DNA of 64,000 bases from contig CM069138.1 in NCBI GenBank assembly GCA_035221665.1, positions 66,650,001-66,714,000 on the forward strand. Reading direction: 5' to 3'. The notes beneath the pieces were generated by a model. That model saw only the letters and a program-made list of their open reading frames with translations, was not told where the DNA came from and did no database searches. The translations under genes were made by a program, and so were the position numbers. Of the stretch, positions 1 through 13,319 are shown piece after piece. Each line of letters opens with the position of its first letter. The stretch's first letter is position 1. This stretch comes from Okamejei kenojei (taxonomy: Eukaryota).

Positions 1-796
1 GACGGACCTATGACTCTATTAGGGGACAAGCACATGTGAAAAGAAGAAAGATGTTAAGAAATGAAGTTTACAATTGTGGGTTGTAACAGTGATCTTATAG
101 TTTACGTTAATAGTTTCTTTTGGAATAAGTGATAAAAATGAGTGTATATATTAAACACAACTATAAGGTTCGCTCCTCAACTTATCCGAGCATACTCTAA
201 TATATATTGTATGATGATTTGTTTCATGTTCTTGGATGAGTTGTTTTGTGAAATCAACTGTAACAAATTTGATTTTCCAAATGAATTATGATTGACTAAA
301 AGGGACTTGCGCTGAAATATTTTGTTCCTGATCTCATCACTCATGGGCAAACGGTAAATGAAAACCAGATTAATATGGACAACATTCCTCAGAATCCTGT
401 TTATCTTAACATCCAAAATCAGCAAAAAAGAAAACATGCCGTGAACTCCCATTGCAAATATCGGAAATTCCTGAAATGTCTGGGTGGGAAAAGGCTCACA
501 CAGTGGAAACGGAATTTAATTTGAAATGGCCCGTGAATTTATGATGCCATCTGTGCAGCCAGTCACTGGACTCATTGTTCAAAAAATGAAATTAAGCCAC
601 CAAAGTTGATCTCTGGCTATTGTTCATTGAGAAGTATAAAGAGCACCAGGAGTGGGACTAGCGTAGATGGGGCATATGACCAGCATGGGCAAGTTGGGCC
701 GAAGGGCCTGTTTCCATGCTGTATAACTCTATGACTGTTCAAGTCAGGACAATAAATGTTCAAGTCAGGACAAGGAACATACAGATGATGTCTTAA

Positions 797-1463
797 GGGC
801 CTGTCCCACTTACGTGTCCTTGGCACGCAAATTACGCGACCTCGTGGACGCATTGGGACGCATGGGCATCACTGCGCGGGGCCGGTGCCACTGAGAAACG
901 CGGAGGGGTATGTAGTTGTGCGCGACATCGCACAAAATATTTGTAGTAAACAAAATCTTCGTGCGCCAACTGACGGCCAAAGTGAGACGGGCCCAAGACC
1001 CTGGCGCGACGCAACGTCTCACCTCCAATGGCAGCCGAAGCAGGCAAACGATCGCCTAGCTCGGCCTGGGGCTCATGGCCGTTGCGGTCCAGATCCACCC
1101 CCACTTCTACTCCCAGAGCGGGGCCAAGAAAATTGAAGATAGACACAAAATGCTGGAGTAACTCAACGGGACCGGCAGCATCTCTGGAGAGAAGCAATGG
1201 ATGACGTTTTGCGCCAAGACCCTTATTTCAGACTGAAGAAGGGTCTCGACACGAAACATCATCCATTCCTTCTCTCCGGAGATGCTACCGGTCCCGCTGA
1301 GTTACTCCAGCATTTTGCGTCCATCTTCAAATGACGTCACGCGCTCCAGGCGGCTGTGCGTACGCATGAAATCGCGAGCGACCTTCGCTGCACCATCGCG
1401 ACTCAACGCGACCACGAGGTCGCGTGATTTTTTGTGCCAAGGACACGTAAGTGGGACAGGCCC
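797..1463. mobile_element. Palindromic MITE
   Basis: 30-bp perfect TIR GGGCCTGTCCCACTTACGTGTCCTTGGCAC, extending imperfectly. TTAA on both sides. CpG-rich. Confidence 0.85.
1133..1330. repeat. ~200-bp inverted-repeat pair of Penelope-like terminal fragments
   Basis: GACACAAAATGCTGGAGTAACTC... pairs with ...GAGTTACTCCAGCATTTTGCGTC. Centre is TTCAGACTGAA. Related half-copies lie at ~5590, 6420, 6730, 10600 and 23355. Confidence 0.65.
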
Positions 1464-2021
1464 TTAATGCTCTTCAGTTGAGTCACTGATTCAGGAGATG
1501 CTGCTAGAATTACCGAAGCTAGTGAACGTAATGCATATTGTAGACAGTCCGTACTGGAGTCACCAAGCACTGCTGGCAGGGGATTGCTCGCTTACGGTCT
1601 GTGGTCTGCTGCTTGACTGCCCTGTGGGACAGGTCTCGCAGTTGCCATACCATATTCCCAAATATTGGTGAGGTGGAGTTTGCTAACTCAAATCAATTGG
1701 GGATTTAACCATGTCTGAATGTAATGCCAGTTGCTCTGATCGCTTTTATACTCCCTCTGTTTTGGTGCACTGATAATGGTACAATTAAGCGACTTGCTAG
1801 CTCATTTAAGGGTCAACTACACGGAATGATTTGGAGTGACATGCAAAGAAGGCAAGGGATGGCAGACTTCATCTCCTGAAGGGAATTAGTGAAGATTCCT
1901 ACTTGAAATTTTTAGGATGCATTCAAATGAATTTTTTTAAGATGTTTTCTTTTTAAATCCTAGATTGTAAGCAACCTAAAGAGCATGGGGTGTGAGTTCA
2001 GGTTTAGTTTAGTTTATTTTA

Positions 2022-2317
2022 TTTCAGTTTAGAGATACAGCATGCAAACAGGTCCTTCGGCCCACCAAGTCCGTGCTCACCAGCGATCACCTGTGCACTA
2101 GTTCCATCCTCACACTAGGGACAATGTACAGAAGACAATTAACCTACAAACCTGCATGACCTTGGAATGTGGGAGGAAGCCGGAGCACCCGGAGAAAACC
2201 CATGTGGTCACAGGGGGAACATACAAACTCTGTACGGACATTTCCCATAGTCAGGATCAAACCCAGGTCTCTGGTGCTGTAAGGCAACAACTCTACCGCT
2301 GCACCACCGTGCTGCCC
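2022..2317 (-). mobile_element. V-SINE (HE1-like tRNA-derived SINE)
   Basis: Minus strand starts GGGCAGCACGGTGGTGCAGCGGTAGAG with A/B boxes, then the V-domain GGGTTTTCTCCGGGTGCTCCGG, a CR1-type tail and (TAAAC)n. Confidence 0.85.
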
Positions 2318-3852
2318 CTCATGGGGTTAGGGGACCCTTATTTCAGGCCTCTGAATTACTGGTCTGGTAACAGTCGTACACTGCATGTACCACGTGCAAT
2401 AACTTTGGTGCACTTTGTTGCCAGGCACTAATGCTTAGTTGGGTTCCTGGCCTTCAGTAAAAGTTGTTCTGTTCAAAGTCTTACCTCTGTTTACTTTCAA
2501 GCAGCAGCACAAAAAAAAATGCAGACCCCTTTGTTTGATATTACTAATGTGAAATTCCACTGCGCATCAAGGATCTGTCCACCCAAACATGCAACAAGAT
2601 GTTAAGCAGGGTTCTGATGGCTGTTTTGTTTTGGTTATAGAGTCTGGCATTACCTAGGCTTCTGGTAGAGAATTCAATGCAGTGATATTCATCCAGTAGG
2701 CCCCATCTTTACATTCTCATTGTTAGTGCAAGTTCCATCAGATTTACCACCTGCCCTCTCATCCAACCCTCCCGTGATGTCATTCAGTAATTTCTCTAAT
2801 CGACCACTCTATCATTGCCTGATCCCCTCCTAATAGAAAATAGAACATTACACCACAGAAACAGGCCCATCGGCCTACATTGTCTGGGCTGAAGATGATG
2901 CCAAGACCAACTCTTCCCTTCTTCCCCCCCCCCCCCCCCCCCCCGCCCCCCAGCATTGTGTTCCAGCACTCACCACCAATCATCACATTGGCTTCTATTC
3001 ACATTTTCCCTCAGTCCGCAACATTATTTGGTCTCCTGACCCACTGACCATTGCACAAGTGCATAATTCCCCAGGAACCAGACAGAGGAGGCTGTGGATA
3101 GAGTGCAAGGCCCTCTGGGATGAGCCGGGGTGGGTTCTGCTACCTGATCGTGCTCCTGCTCTTTGTTTTCTTCATAGTTTTCAGGATTAGAAATGCAAGA
3201 AACCACGATGCTGAAATCTTGAGCAAAGGCCAGATTGCCGGAGACGTTACATTAGTGGGGCAGCATCGGAGGAAGGATATGAACAGACAATGTTTTGGGT
3301 CTGGACCCTTTTTCAGCTAGTGTTCTCATTGTATTTCACCCTTGCCTCGAGAGGAGACGCAGGTGGTCTCAGACTTATCCTGGCAGCTCAGTCTTTCTCT
3401 GTGTGGGCACAGTCCCTCATTGTCCCTGGGCAGAAAGAGGCACTGGCATCACAGGCTTGAGCCGGCCACTCGTTCCTAGCTTCAGCAGAGGCACTGGCTG
3501 TCAAGGGCTTCTTCCCAGCAGCTCAGTCTTTACCAAACTGTGGTGCTGGTGGTATCAGGTTTGTCCCATTTCTGAGTCTTCCTCGAACCCGCAGCAGGGG
3601 AGCACCGCTAGCAAGGAGGCACTGCACTCTCCCCCTCCCCCCTTCTCCTCGTTGCCCCATTCCCCCCTCCCTCTTCCCCCTCCCCCCTCCTCCCATCTAA
3701 ATGAGGGAGTGCTGTCACAGTTGACACAAGGAACTGCAACTTTGAGCAAACCACAAAGTGCGAGAGTAACTCAGCATTCACACAGCATCTGTGGAAGGAA
3801 TGTTCAGGTCAGGAGCCTTCTGCAGACTACTTCATTGTTTGATGCTGCCTAG

Positions 3853-3883
<31 letters not shown>

Positions 3884-6800
3884 ATTGTCACATGTACTGA
3901 GGTACAATGAAAGTTGTTGTTTGCATGCTATCCAGTCAAAGAGACTACACGATTACATGATTACAAACAAGCCATCCACAGTGCACAGATAAAGGATAAA
4001 GGGTACAACATTTAAGTGCACGATATTACATTGACGGCCAACAAAGTCTGATTAAAGATAGTTCCAAGGTCTCCAATGAGGTGGATGGAAGATCAGGAAT
4101 GTACTCTAGTTGATGAGAGGACCATTCAGTTGCTTGAAAACAGCTAGGAATAAATTGTTCCTGGATCTGGAGATGCCTATTTTCAAACTTCTGTACCTCT
4201 TGCCTGATGGAGATGGGAAAGAGGGAGATTTTGGACTGGTTCTAGGATGAAAGTTAAGAAGGCCCTGAGTACTGGAAGAGATGATGTCCGTGACCTGGTC
4301 TGAGATTGCATTGGGTCATGTTATACAGTGATAGCATACCTTGTGAGATGAAGGTTCTTACATATCGCTCTCTGAAGGCCCACATTCAATATGGCGGCCT
4401 GCTAGAGTGCCCCCCTTCTCCCTCTGTTGCCAGCCCCACTTGCTCTCTCCTGCCTTATTTCATGCGCCTCCTCCTTATCCTGAGTTCCCATTTGCTCCTG
4501 AACCAGATGGATTTATATGAGATTCCAGTGGTTTCCTGGTCATCGTTACTGTTAGCTTTTTAATTCCAAACATATGTAATTACTTGAATTAAAATGTCCT
4601 TGTTCTTGTGAAAGTATTTGAACTCATATTTCTGGATCAATCACTCAGACTTCTATCTACTAGTCCAGAAACTAAACCACAAACCTAGCACATCTCAGTG
4701 CTTACAATTTATCAAAACAAAATAAATGCAATTCATGGTCATTTTCAGAAAGCAATCCTTTAAAATATTGCAGACCTGTCAGGTTCGTATAAAAATTATC
4801 ATCTTTGCTGATTAAGTATCACGGTTGCTAAAATGTGAAAGTAAATCATAGTAAACTCAAATGGTGCTATCCATCAAGTTTTTTAAAATTTTAAACCATT
4901 GGGTTGCATACTGTACATTAAATTTATCATGACCCCATGCCTCCAATTTTAGACTTAGTTTCCTGTGGAGATGATAGGCTTTTGAGTTACAAAGTTGATT
5001 ATGCATAAATGCATTCTTCACATTTTTTTCTGATTTAATATCTACCTTCATTTGGGTTAGATTAAAAGGCTATCCTACTGAAACAAATAACTAAATTAAA
5101 AATAGGATTCAGCTTTTGATGTCAAAGCAGCCACATTTCTCAAATAATTAGCAACAGACAATTGCAATTGACTGTTTGTTTTCACAGTACACTGCCCTTT
5201 GAAAAAGTCCTTCAGATCTGTGCGTGGTAAGGGTTGAATTAATTTGGTTTATTTTACGCAAACTCATTGGACTGGAGGAATCAGGTTGATTAGGTCATTA
5301 GACAATTCAAAGGGCAAAGAAATACTTTAATTTTCTCCATCCTTTCCCATAACACTCCCACCACACCTCCCAACAAATCCCAATGAAGAAATATAATTAG
5401 TTTATTTTTAATTTTGTTTCAGGCCCAAGCAGAGTGCCATCTGGTGAATTATTGATGTACAGCAAGTAAGCTATGTCAAATGTCAAATGGATTAAGATTA
5501 CTTGTTTGTACGCAGATGGCCAAAGTCTTATGGTTAAAATAAAAATGGGCAAGACAGCATATTGGTCAAACAGATTTAGAGAAACACTGGTAGCACAAAA
5601 TGCTGGAGTAACTCAGCGTGACAGGCAACATCTCTGGTCAAGACCCTTCTTCAGACTTAGAGAAACAATATCATGGGAGCATGTGCTACTCATGCATGCC
5701 AAAAGTGAAAAATCTAGCTTTACCAATGTTTACAAAGCTTTACAAGGGGAGCTGTTTGGCATTCATGATGTACTTGTAACATTGTTTTCACTGCTTCGGA
5801 ACCATAATTAGCTACCCAGATCCTCTGAGTTTTGAAATGTTGCATTAGTTAAACATTGGCTCCGTATAGAATTAGAGAGATTTAAAAAAACACAAGGCTC
5901 GAGCTATTCAAAAATAGCGAACTTCACTGCCACTGTTGGCACATGACATTGACACTTACATTACCTCGGGTTTAATTACTTGAATAGCAGTTTGTAAAGA
6001 GTACTTCAAAATGTGATGAGAGTTTCTACTTCAACTGTTCTTTCAGGGAGTGAGGTTCAGATCACATCCACACACCGGGTGGAAAATACCATATCCTTCC
6101 AAATGCTTCTGCCATCTACAAAAGGTTTTGCCCCAACTTTAAATCTATTCTCCTTGCTCTGTTAAGGGAATTGTTTTCTTCCTTTGTCTTGACCCTCATA
6201 ATTTTGCACACTTCATTATAATCTCTCCTTTCCTTACGAAAACATCCCAGCCTGCCAACGCTTCTTTAAATGTTTCCAAGTGCTGACATCATTCTAAAAA
6301 ATCTCCTATTACTATGACCATTCAATCATTTAATTCCAGTGATGTGAGATCATACTAGATGTGTGACTGTGGACTAATTAGAGTTTAGTACAACTCTCCC
6401 ATAATTGTGTTAAAGAAGGAACTGCAGATGCTGGAGAATCGAGGGTACACAAAAGGCTGGAGAAACTCAGCAGGTGCAGCAGCATCTAAGGAGCGAAGGA
6501 GATAGGCGACATTTGGGGACAAGATCCTTCTTCAGACTGGTCAGGGATCAGGGAAACGAGCGATATAGACGGTGATGTGGAGAGGTAAAGAACAATGAAT
6601 GAAAGATATGCAAAAAAGTATCGATGATAAAGGGAACAGGCCATTGTAAGCTGTTTGTGGTGTGAAAATGAGAAGCTAGTGCGACTAGGGTGGGGGAGGG
6701 AGATAGAGAGAGATTCTTTTACAGTAAAAAAAGACACAAAGTGCTGGAGTAACTCAGCAGATCAGGCAGCATCTCTGGAGAACATGGATAGGTAGCGTTT

Positions 6801-7224
6801 TGGGTCAGGACCTTTCTTCAGACTTATTCTGGTGGTTTGGGGAAGAGAAAGCTGGAAGAGAGCTGGAGCAGGACCAAGCCTGGCTAGTAATAGGTGGATA
6901 TTGGGGAAGGTTTATTTTTTGACAGGTAGATGGTTGGAGGTGAAAGACCAGAGGTCAGTCGACATAAAGTGTGAGACAAGTATAAAGGCAAATTATGAAG
7001 CCAGAGGAAGGAATATAGGTGGAAATGGGTAGGGGATGAGGAAGTTGAGACATGGGTACAAATCCAGGTGGGGTACAGGGAAGATGATTGGGGGGACATG
7101 GAAGGGGGGGGGGCTGTTTGTCAGTTAGTTTGCTGAAATTGGAGAACCTGTGTCTATGCTTTTACATGATTTGCTTTGGTTAATAACATCAATATCCATC
7201 TTTTTGGTCTGGTTAACAATTTTC

Positions 7225-7560
7225 AGGGATCTGTGGGTAAGAGAATTGCTGCTTCACAGTTCCAGCAACCCACACTCAATCTTTACCTCTGGTACTGTCG
7301 GTGAGGAGTTTTCACACCCTCTCTGTGTTTAGGTTTCCTTTTGGGTGCTCCAGTTTCTTCACACAGTCCTAAAAACATGTGGATTAGTAAATTAATTGGC
7401 TATTGGAAATGGCCCCAGGTGAGTAGGTGAGTGGTAGAATCAGGGGAGTGTTGAGGGAAAATGCGGAGAATAAAATGAGGATGATTATAAATGGACGCTG
7501 CCTGGACAGTACAAATTCAGTGGGCCGAAAGGCCTGTTTCCATGCTGAACACCTCCCTCA
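7225..7560 (+). mobile_element. Degenerate V-SINE
   Basis: TTGCTGCTTCACAG..., GGGTGCTCCAGTTTC, and a GGGCCGAAAGGCCTGTTTCCATGCTG tail. Confidence 0.6.
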
Positions 7561-8069
7561 CTTTATGACTGTTAGATTCCACTGCCTAGATGGCCAACTC
7601 ACTGAACTCCATGCAACTGGGAGATGTCTTCTCTGAGGTTTATAATAACTTAAGTCTATATATTATGTTTTATAAAGAGCAAGTACTGACTTCTACCCAT
7701 CCTCACTGGAAACAGCTTTCCAATTACATAAACCTTCAGCCCACAACCTTTGCTCCCTACCATTCAGCCAAACGTACATCTAACTTCCACTTTCCTTGCA
7801 TTACATTTGTTTTAAATCAGCCCATTATGTCAAAATCCAGGTAGACCTGATTAAATGCATCATATTCATCAACCTCCTTTGTTATCATCCCAAAATATTC
7901 GGTCAGAACTATGCAGACACTATTATTCTTTAACAATTCCACGCAGAGACTACTTGATTAATCCATTCCTTTCTAAATGATGACAGAAACATTTCCAAAC
8001 GTCTTCCCACAAAGTGAACTCAGCAGGAGACACAAGAGTCTACAGATGTACAGAGTACTCCTAAGTACA

Positions 8070-8397
8070 GAAAAGGTTCACCAGACTGATTCCTGTGATG
8101 GCAGGACTTTCATATGAAGAAAGACTGGATAGACTCGGCTTGTACTCCCTAGAATTTAGAAGATTGAGGGGGGATCTTATAGAAACTTACAAAATTCTTA
8201 AGAGGTTGGACAGGCTAGATGCAGGATGATTGTTCCCGATGTCGGGGAAGTCCAGAACAAGGGGTCACGGTTTAAGGATAAGGGGGAAGTCTTTTAGGAC
8301 CGAGATGAGAAAAACATTTTTCACACAGAGAGTGGTGAATCTGTAGGATTCCCTGCCACAGAAGGTAGTTGAGGCTGGTTCATTGGCTATATTTAAG
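8070..8397 (+). mobile_element. CR1 3' fragment, same subfamily as 21431-23200
   Basis: Near-identical to 22700-23028. Confidence 0.85.
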
Positions 8398-8676
8398 AAA
8401 CAGGTCCTTCGGCCCACCGTGCCGACCAGCGATCTGCACACATTAACACTATCCTACACACACTACAGACAATTGACAATTTTACCAAGCGAATTACCCT
8501 ACAAACCTGTATGTGTTTGGAGTGTAGGAGGAAACCGCAGCTCCCGGGGACAACCCATGCCGGTTACGGAGAGAGCGTACAAACTCCGTACAGACAAGCA
8601 CGGAGTTTGCAGGGTCAAATCTGGGTTTCTGGCGCTGCAAGGTAGCAACTCCACCACCGCTAAATCGTGCTGCCCT
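8398..8676 (-). mobile_element. V-SINE flanked by CR1 3' fragments
   Basis: Same head and V-domain as 2022-2317. CR1 sequence lies on both sides (8070-8397 and ~8680-8895). Confidence 0.75.
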
Positions 8677-9748
8677 AATGATGAATCTGTGGAATTAATT
8701 GGCACAGACAGCTGTGGAAGGCAAATCTTTTAGGTATTTTTAAGGTGGAGATTGATTGGTTCTTGATTAGTAAGAGTGTCAAACGTTACGGCCAGAATGC
8801 TGGAGAATGAGGTGGTGAGGGAAAGATAGATCAGCTATGATTGAATGGCAGTAGACTCAATGGGCCGAATGGCCTATTTCTGCTCCTATGACATGAAATT
8901 CCCTCATAAGACATTTTGGTAAACCTCCTCTGCACCCTTTCCAACTTTAGTTGGTTAAGTTACTGGATATTCATATATTCCTGCCAGCTCCATTTCACTT
9001 AAAGTGCTTTATTGATATTTTACAACCACTTTTGAAAGGCAGAAATCCCAAAGGGGATCTCTGCATGTGTAATCTTTTCATCCTTGGTCCCGACAAGACA
9101 TCAGCCGACTCACAACTTGTTTTGTATTAAGATTCAAAAATTAGCTCCTGGGTGTTGCCAAAGTCACCAAGATATTTTGTTACTGATGATTATCTTTGTG
9201 ATTACAGAATGGCAGAAGGCTCACTGACAAAAGGGAGGCATGGGTGTTGAAAAGGAAGTTGCCATTCTTTGGGGAGAGTACTGAAGAGGAAAATGGGGAC
9301 ACTGTAGTCAGTGGTAATAACAACCAAAGCTGTGGAAATTAATATAATACCTATTCTTTCAGCAGAAACAGGGATGTAATTTTTATCTCATGTTTCCAAA
9401 TTCTGCTTAATTATTCAAGTGAACAAACAAAAATCTTTCCTGTTCTGCAATCAGTGAAACTAAAAGCATTTTCAATGGTTAAACCTACCCGTGCACAATC
9501 GTTCAGGATAGTTATAAATAACCAGTCATTAACCAGCTACGGTTAAAAAGGATGCAGAGGATGTTTACCAAAACGTTGCCTGGATGAGGGGATATAAGCT
9601 ACAGAGAGAGATTGTACAGACTTGGATTGTTTTCTCTGGAACGCCAGAGATTGCAGGGAGACCTGATAGAAGTCTGTAAATTATAAGAAGCATAGATAGG
9701 ATAGTCAGAATGTTTTTCCCAGGATCGAAAAATCAAGTACTACAGCTT

Positions 9749-10356
9749 TATCAATCAATCAATCAATCAATTTATTAGCCAAGTATGTTTTGCAACATAC
9801 AAGGAATTTGATTTGCCATACAGTCATACTAATAAAAAGCAACAGAACACACATTTTATCATAAAGATCCACCACAGTGACTCCTACACATTCCTCGCTG
9901 TGATGGAAGGCGAAAGAAAGTTCAATCTCTTCCTTTCTTTGTTCTCCCAGGGTCGGGGGCCTTGAGCGTTCCGTTGACGGGATGATCTTGACTCCCGTAG
10001 CCAGCGGTGGGCCCTCTGTGTCGGGGCGGTCAAGCTCCTGCATCGTGGGGGGATCTCAGCTCCCCGTGTGGGGTGATCGACCCCGGGTCGGGGTTGGTCA
10101 AAACCTTCTGTGACTTTGGAGCTCCCGACTCGGTCTCCCGAGACTGCGAGCTCTGCGATGTTAAAGGCCGCAGGCCACGGTTGGAGCATCGATCCCAGGC
10201 AAGGAATCGGCTCCGATGGTAAGTCCACGCCCCACGGTGAGGCTCAAAGTCTGTCCCGAGCAAGCCCACCAGCTCCATGATGTTAGGCCGCAGAGCGACC
10301 GGAGATGCGATCCAGAAAACAATCGCATCTCCGGCAAGGTAAGAGATTGAAAAAAA
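9749..10356 (-). mobile_element. GC-rich non-coding retroposon with (TTGA)n tail
   Basis: Minus-strand AATAAA plus microsatellite tail. Shares the CCACCACAGTG/CTGTGATGGAAGG core with 40197-40945 and partly with 44590-45420. Confidence 0.6.
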
Positions 10357-11032
10357 TCTCTGGAATGCACTGCCAGGGGTGGTGGTTGAGACAGATATTA
10401 TACTGGCATTTAGAGACTTTTGGATAGGCATATGGATATGCAGGGAATGGAAGGATATGGATTATGTGGAGGCAGATAATAGTTGGTCTTGGCATTATGT
10501 TCGGTACAGACATTATAGGATGAAAGGCCCATTCTTGTGCTGGAGTGTTCTGTGTGGGACGGTTCCAAATCATTAAAGCAAAGCAGGCAGCTTTGGATGT
10601 GTAAGAAAGAACTGCAAATGCTGGTTTACACCGAAGATAGACACAAAAAGCTGCAGTAACTCAGTGGAACAGGCAGCATCTCTGGAGAGAAGGAATGGGT
10701 GATGTTTCGGGTCAGTCTGAAGAAAGGTCGACCTGAAACCTCACCCATTCCTACTATCCAGGCAGCTTTGGATATTCACTGAGCCTCGTATCGCGCTTGG
10801 GATTTGTTGGCTCTATTGTAAAGGATGCTAATCTCCCTGTGACCCATGCAAATAACATCCTCAGTTCTGTAATATTATAACCATAAAATCCCTCAATGTA
10901 TAAAACACATTAAAAGCAGAATTACATATTGCGGAAGAAAATATTAATATCCTTTCTTACTTAATTTTGATTGGAATTGAACAAGATACGAAAGGGTGTT
11001 TGGATGTGACAATTGGCATCTCTCGACAAAAT

Positions 11033-11050
11033 TGGCGCAGCGAGCAGGAT
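11033..11050 (+). promoter_or_regulatory. Retroviral primer-binding site, tRNA-Ser type
   Basis: TGGCGCAGCGAGCAGGAT is complementary to the 3' end of vertebrate tRNA-Ser(TGA) (...CCTGCTCGCTGCG-CCA). It lies a few nt after an LTR-like end CTCGACA. Confidence 0.8.
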
Positions 11051-13319
11051 TGGAAAGACGCCCATTCAATAAAAGACAAACAGCCAAGGGCGCTTCTCAG
11101 CCTCTCAATGGCTCCCAGGGACAACTGGACAAGGGTGGCCACCCGCAAAAAGATAGGCAGTTTTCCACTTAATTTGGACTAATCACAACCTTTTGTAAAC
11201 GGGAAGCCACTGGGGATACAGAAGCGTCTAGGCGGTCAGAGGGCCTCTCCGATCCAAAGACTCTGTCACTAAATTATTCTAAGAGGAGACAAGGAGGATT
11301 AATCAAGAAGACTGCGCAGTAGGGTAAGTAGAATATAATTGATCTGAGAAAGTAGATTCTGTGTGATGTGAATGAGACCTTGTGGATGCCGGCCTTAGAA
11401 GAGAAAGGGGTCTGAACGGACAAGGCATTATGTGGATACTGCCCTTAAGAAGAGTAAAGGGTCTGTATGGACAGAACATGTAAAGTCAGGGAGAATAGGG
11501 ACTAATTAAGTAACATAAAATTGCAAATTGTTAAGGACCATGGCAGATAAAGAAAGCGCCGATAGAAGAGTTCAGAAAACAAGCAATTAGTAGTTAAGAA
11601 CAAACCCAGTACTGATAATTTCTCTGGAGACCCCTTGTCTGACATGGCAACCCTGTTTATGGAAAAGGGGGGATGAAGGAACAAATTCGGTGGGGAATGA
11701 GGAACAAAGTTGGGAATAGTGTAGACCACCTCCCCCATATAAGATCCCGGGGGGAGGCTCCAGCACCCCTACAGTGAAGGGCACTCCCAGACGAAAATGA
11801 TACTGATAGCGACTTGGAGACTGAAAAGACAGATGAGAAAGAAGAAGGGAGAGGGCTGAGACAGAAGAGGAAGAAGCAGCAGTATTGAATTCATCAGTGA
11901 GAGAGTTGAACAACGCAGAGCACAGAGAGAAAAAACAGCAGACAAAATAAAGAAGAAGAAAAAAAGAGCATGAGAATCGAGGCTGCTCAAGACATTTAAA
12001 TCCCAGCCAGCAGCCTGTACCTTTGTTTAAAACAAACTTGCCTTTGAACATTGAATAACTTTTGGCACAGAGCAGCTCGAGCCAAAGAGCAGAAGAGAAA
12101 CAGAGAGTGTGTGTCTTTGCTTGTGGAGATTGCAAGGTGTGGGGTGTGGTGAGACCCTGAAAGACAGGGAGTTTAACTAATCACAATCTGGATCAATGTC
12201 CAATCACAGCGCCCAGGATCCTGACTAACAGGGAATTGGACTATCCCATTGTGAATTATGCCCACCCATTCCTATCAGATTAATCTGTCTCATCTTAACT
12301 CTTTCATTTCAACAAGAAGATATTCACAACTTAAAAACAACGATACCCACACTGCAGACCCCAGACCTCCCACTCCACCTGTTCATTATTAAGTGCAATG
12401 CCGATATGAGTGACCTGACAAAGTAGTCTCCCAGAGGAATGTCCAAGCTGACAATACTGCCCACACGGCAGCTTGCAAATTCTTCAAATTCCCCACAGAA
12501 CCAAAGATTCTAGTAAACAGAACGGTCTTGTGAGACAAGGGAAGGTTCAGAAATTACAAAGGGATGCCTTTGTATATGGAAAAATAATTATGAAAACGAG
12601 AGGGCTGCGCCATGACACTTTGACAGGCCTCTGGCAGCACTGCTCTCGGATACAATTTGTGTATGTTGGAAAGGAGGAAAGGGAATGTGGAATGTGTGGA
12701 ATGTAGCTTATACTTTGAAGGTAAGAGCAGTGTCTAAGAGGGAGAGAGCGGGTCGAGAGGGATATAGGAATGTCTAAATGTGTTTTGGATCGCAACTGTT
12801 CTTCAGTATGTGTTGAATTTATGAACAATGTATGAACGTATTTGGGTATTAAGAGTTGCATGATTTCTTTGAAGTAAGAATGAGAAGACTGTTGTTTGTG
12901 GAACCGGTTTTGGATGAATGCTGATTTAATCCTGAATCAGATGAAATAGGATATCATTGAATGAGCTTGTTCTTTTACGTGATAAATCTTTGTAGAGCCT
13001 CATGTGTTTTAAGAGGTAGTGTGTGTCTCTTTAAGAAATTGCTATGGTTTGGGGGCGGAGCCATACCCAGCTATTTTCTGTTCCTTTGTTCTTTGCAAAT
13101 ACGCTAGCAATCTGTGAAAATTAACTGTTTATTCTTTATTTTCTCTTAACTTTCAATAGATGAAAAAAATCGTAGGTTGCTTTGTCTTTTGATGTTTTAA
13201 GTTTGTTTTCTTCCTATTTCTTATCTTTTGATTTGAGTTCAAAAGGAGACTTGGATGCCACACTGGCCATGTGTTAGATGAGATTCGATAAGCTAATATT
13301 AAACTAATATTACTACAAA

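Noticed and set aside
2245-2317. tRNA gene
   Set aside because: It is the tRNA-derived head of a V-SINE and does not form a full cloverleaf.
3295-3852. 185-aa Pro-rich ORF
   Set aside because: Low-complexity C-rich sequence and repeat fragments, a non-ATG start, and no recognisable motif.
11587-12135. 182-aa hydrophobic minus-strand ORF
   Set aside because: It is the antisense shadow of the purine-rich plus-strand ERV leader.
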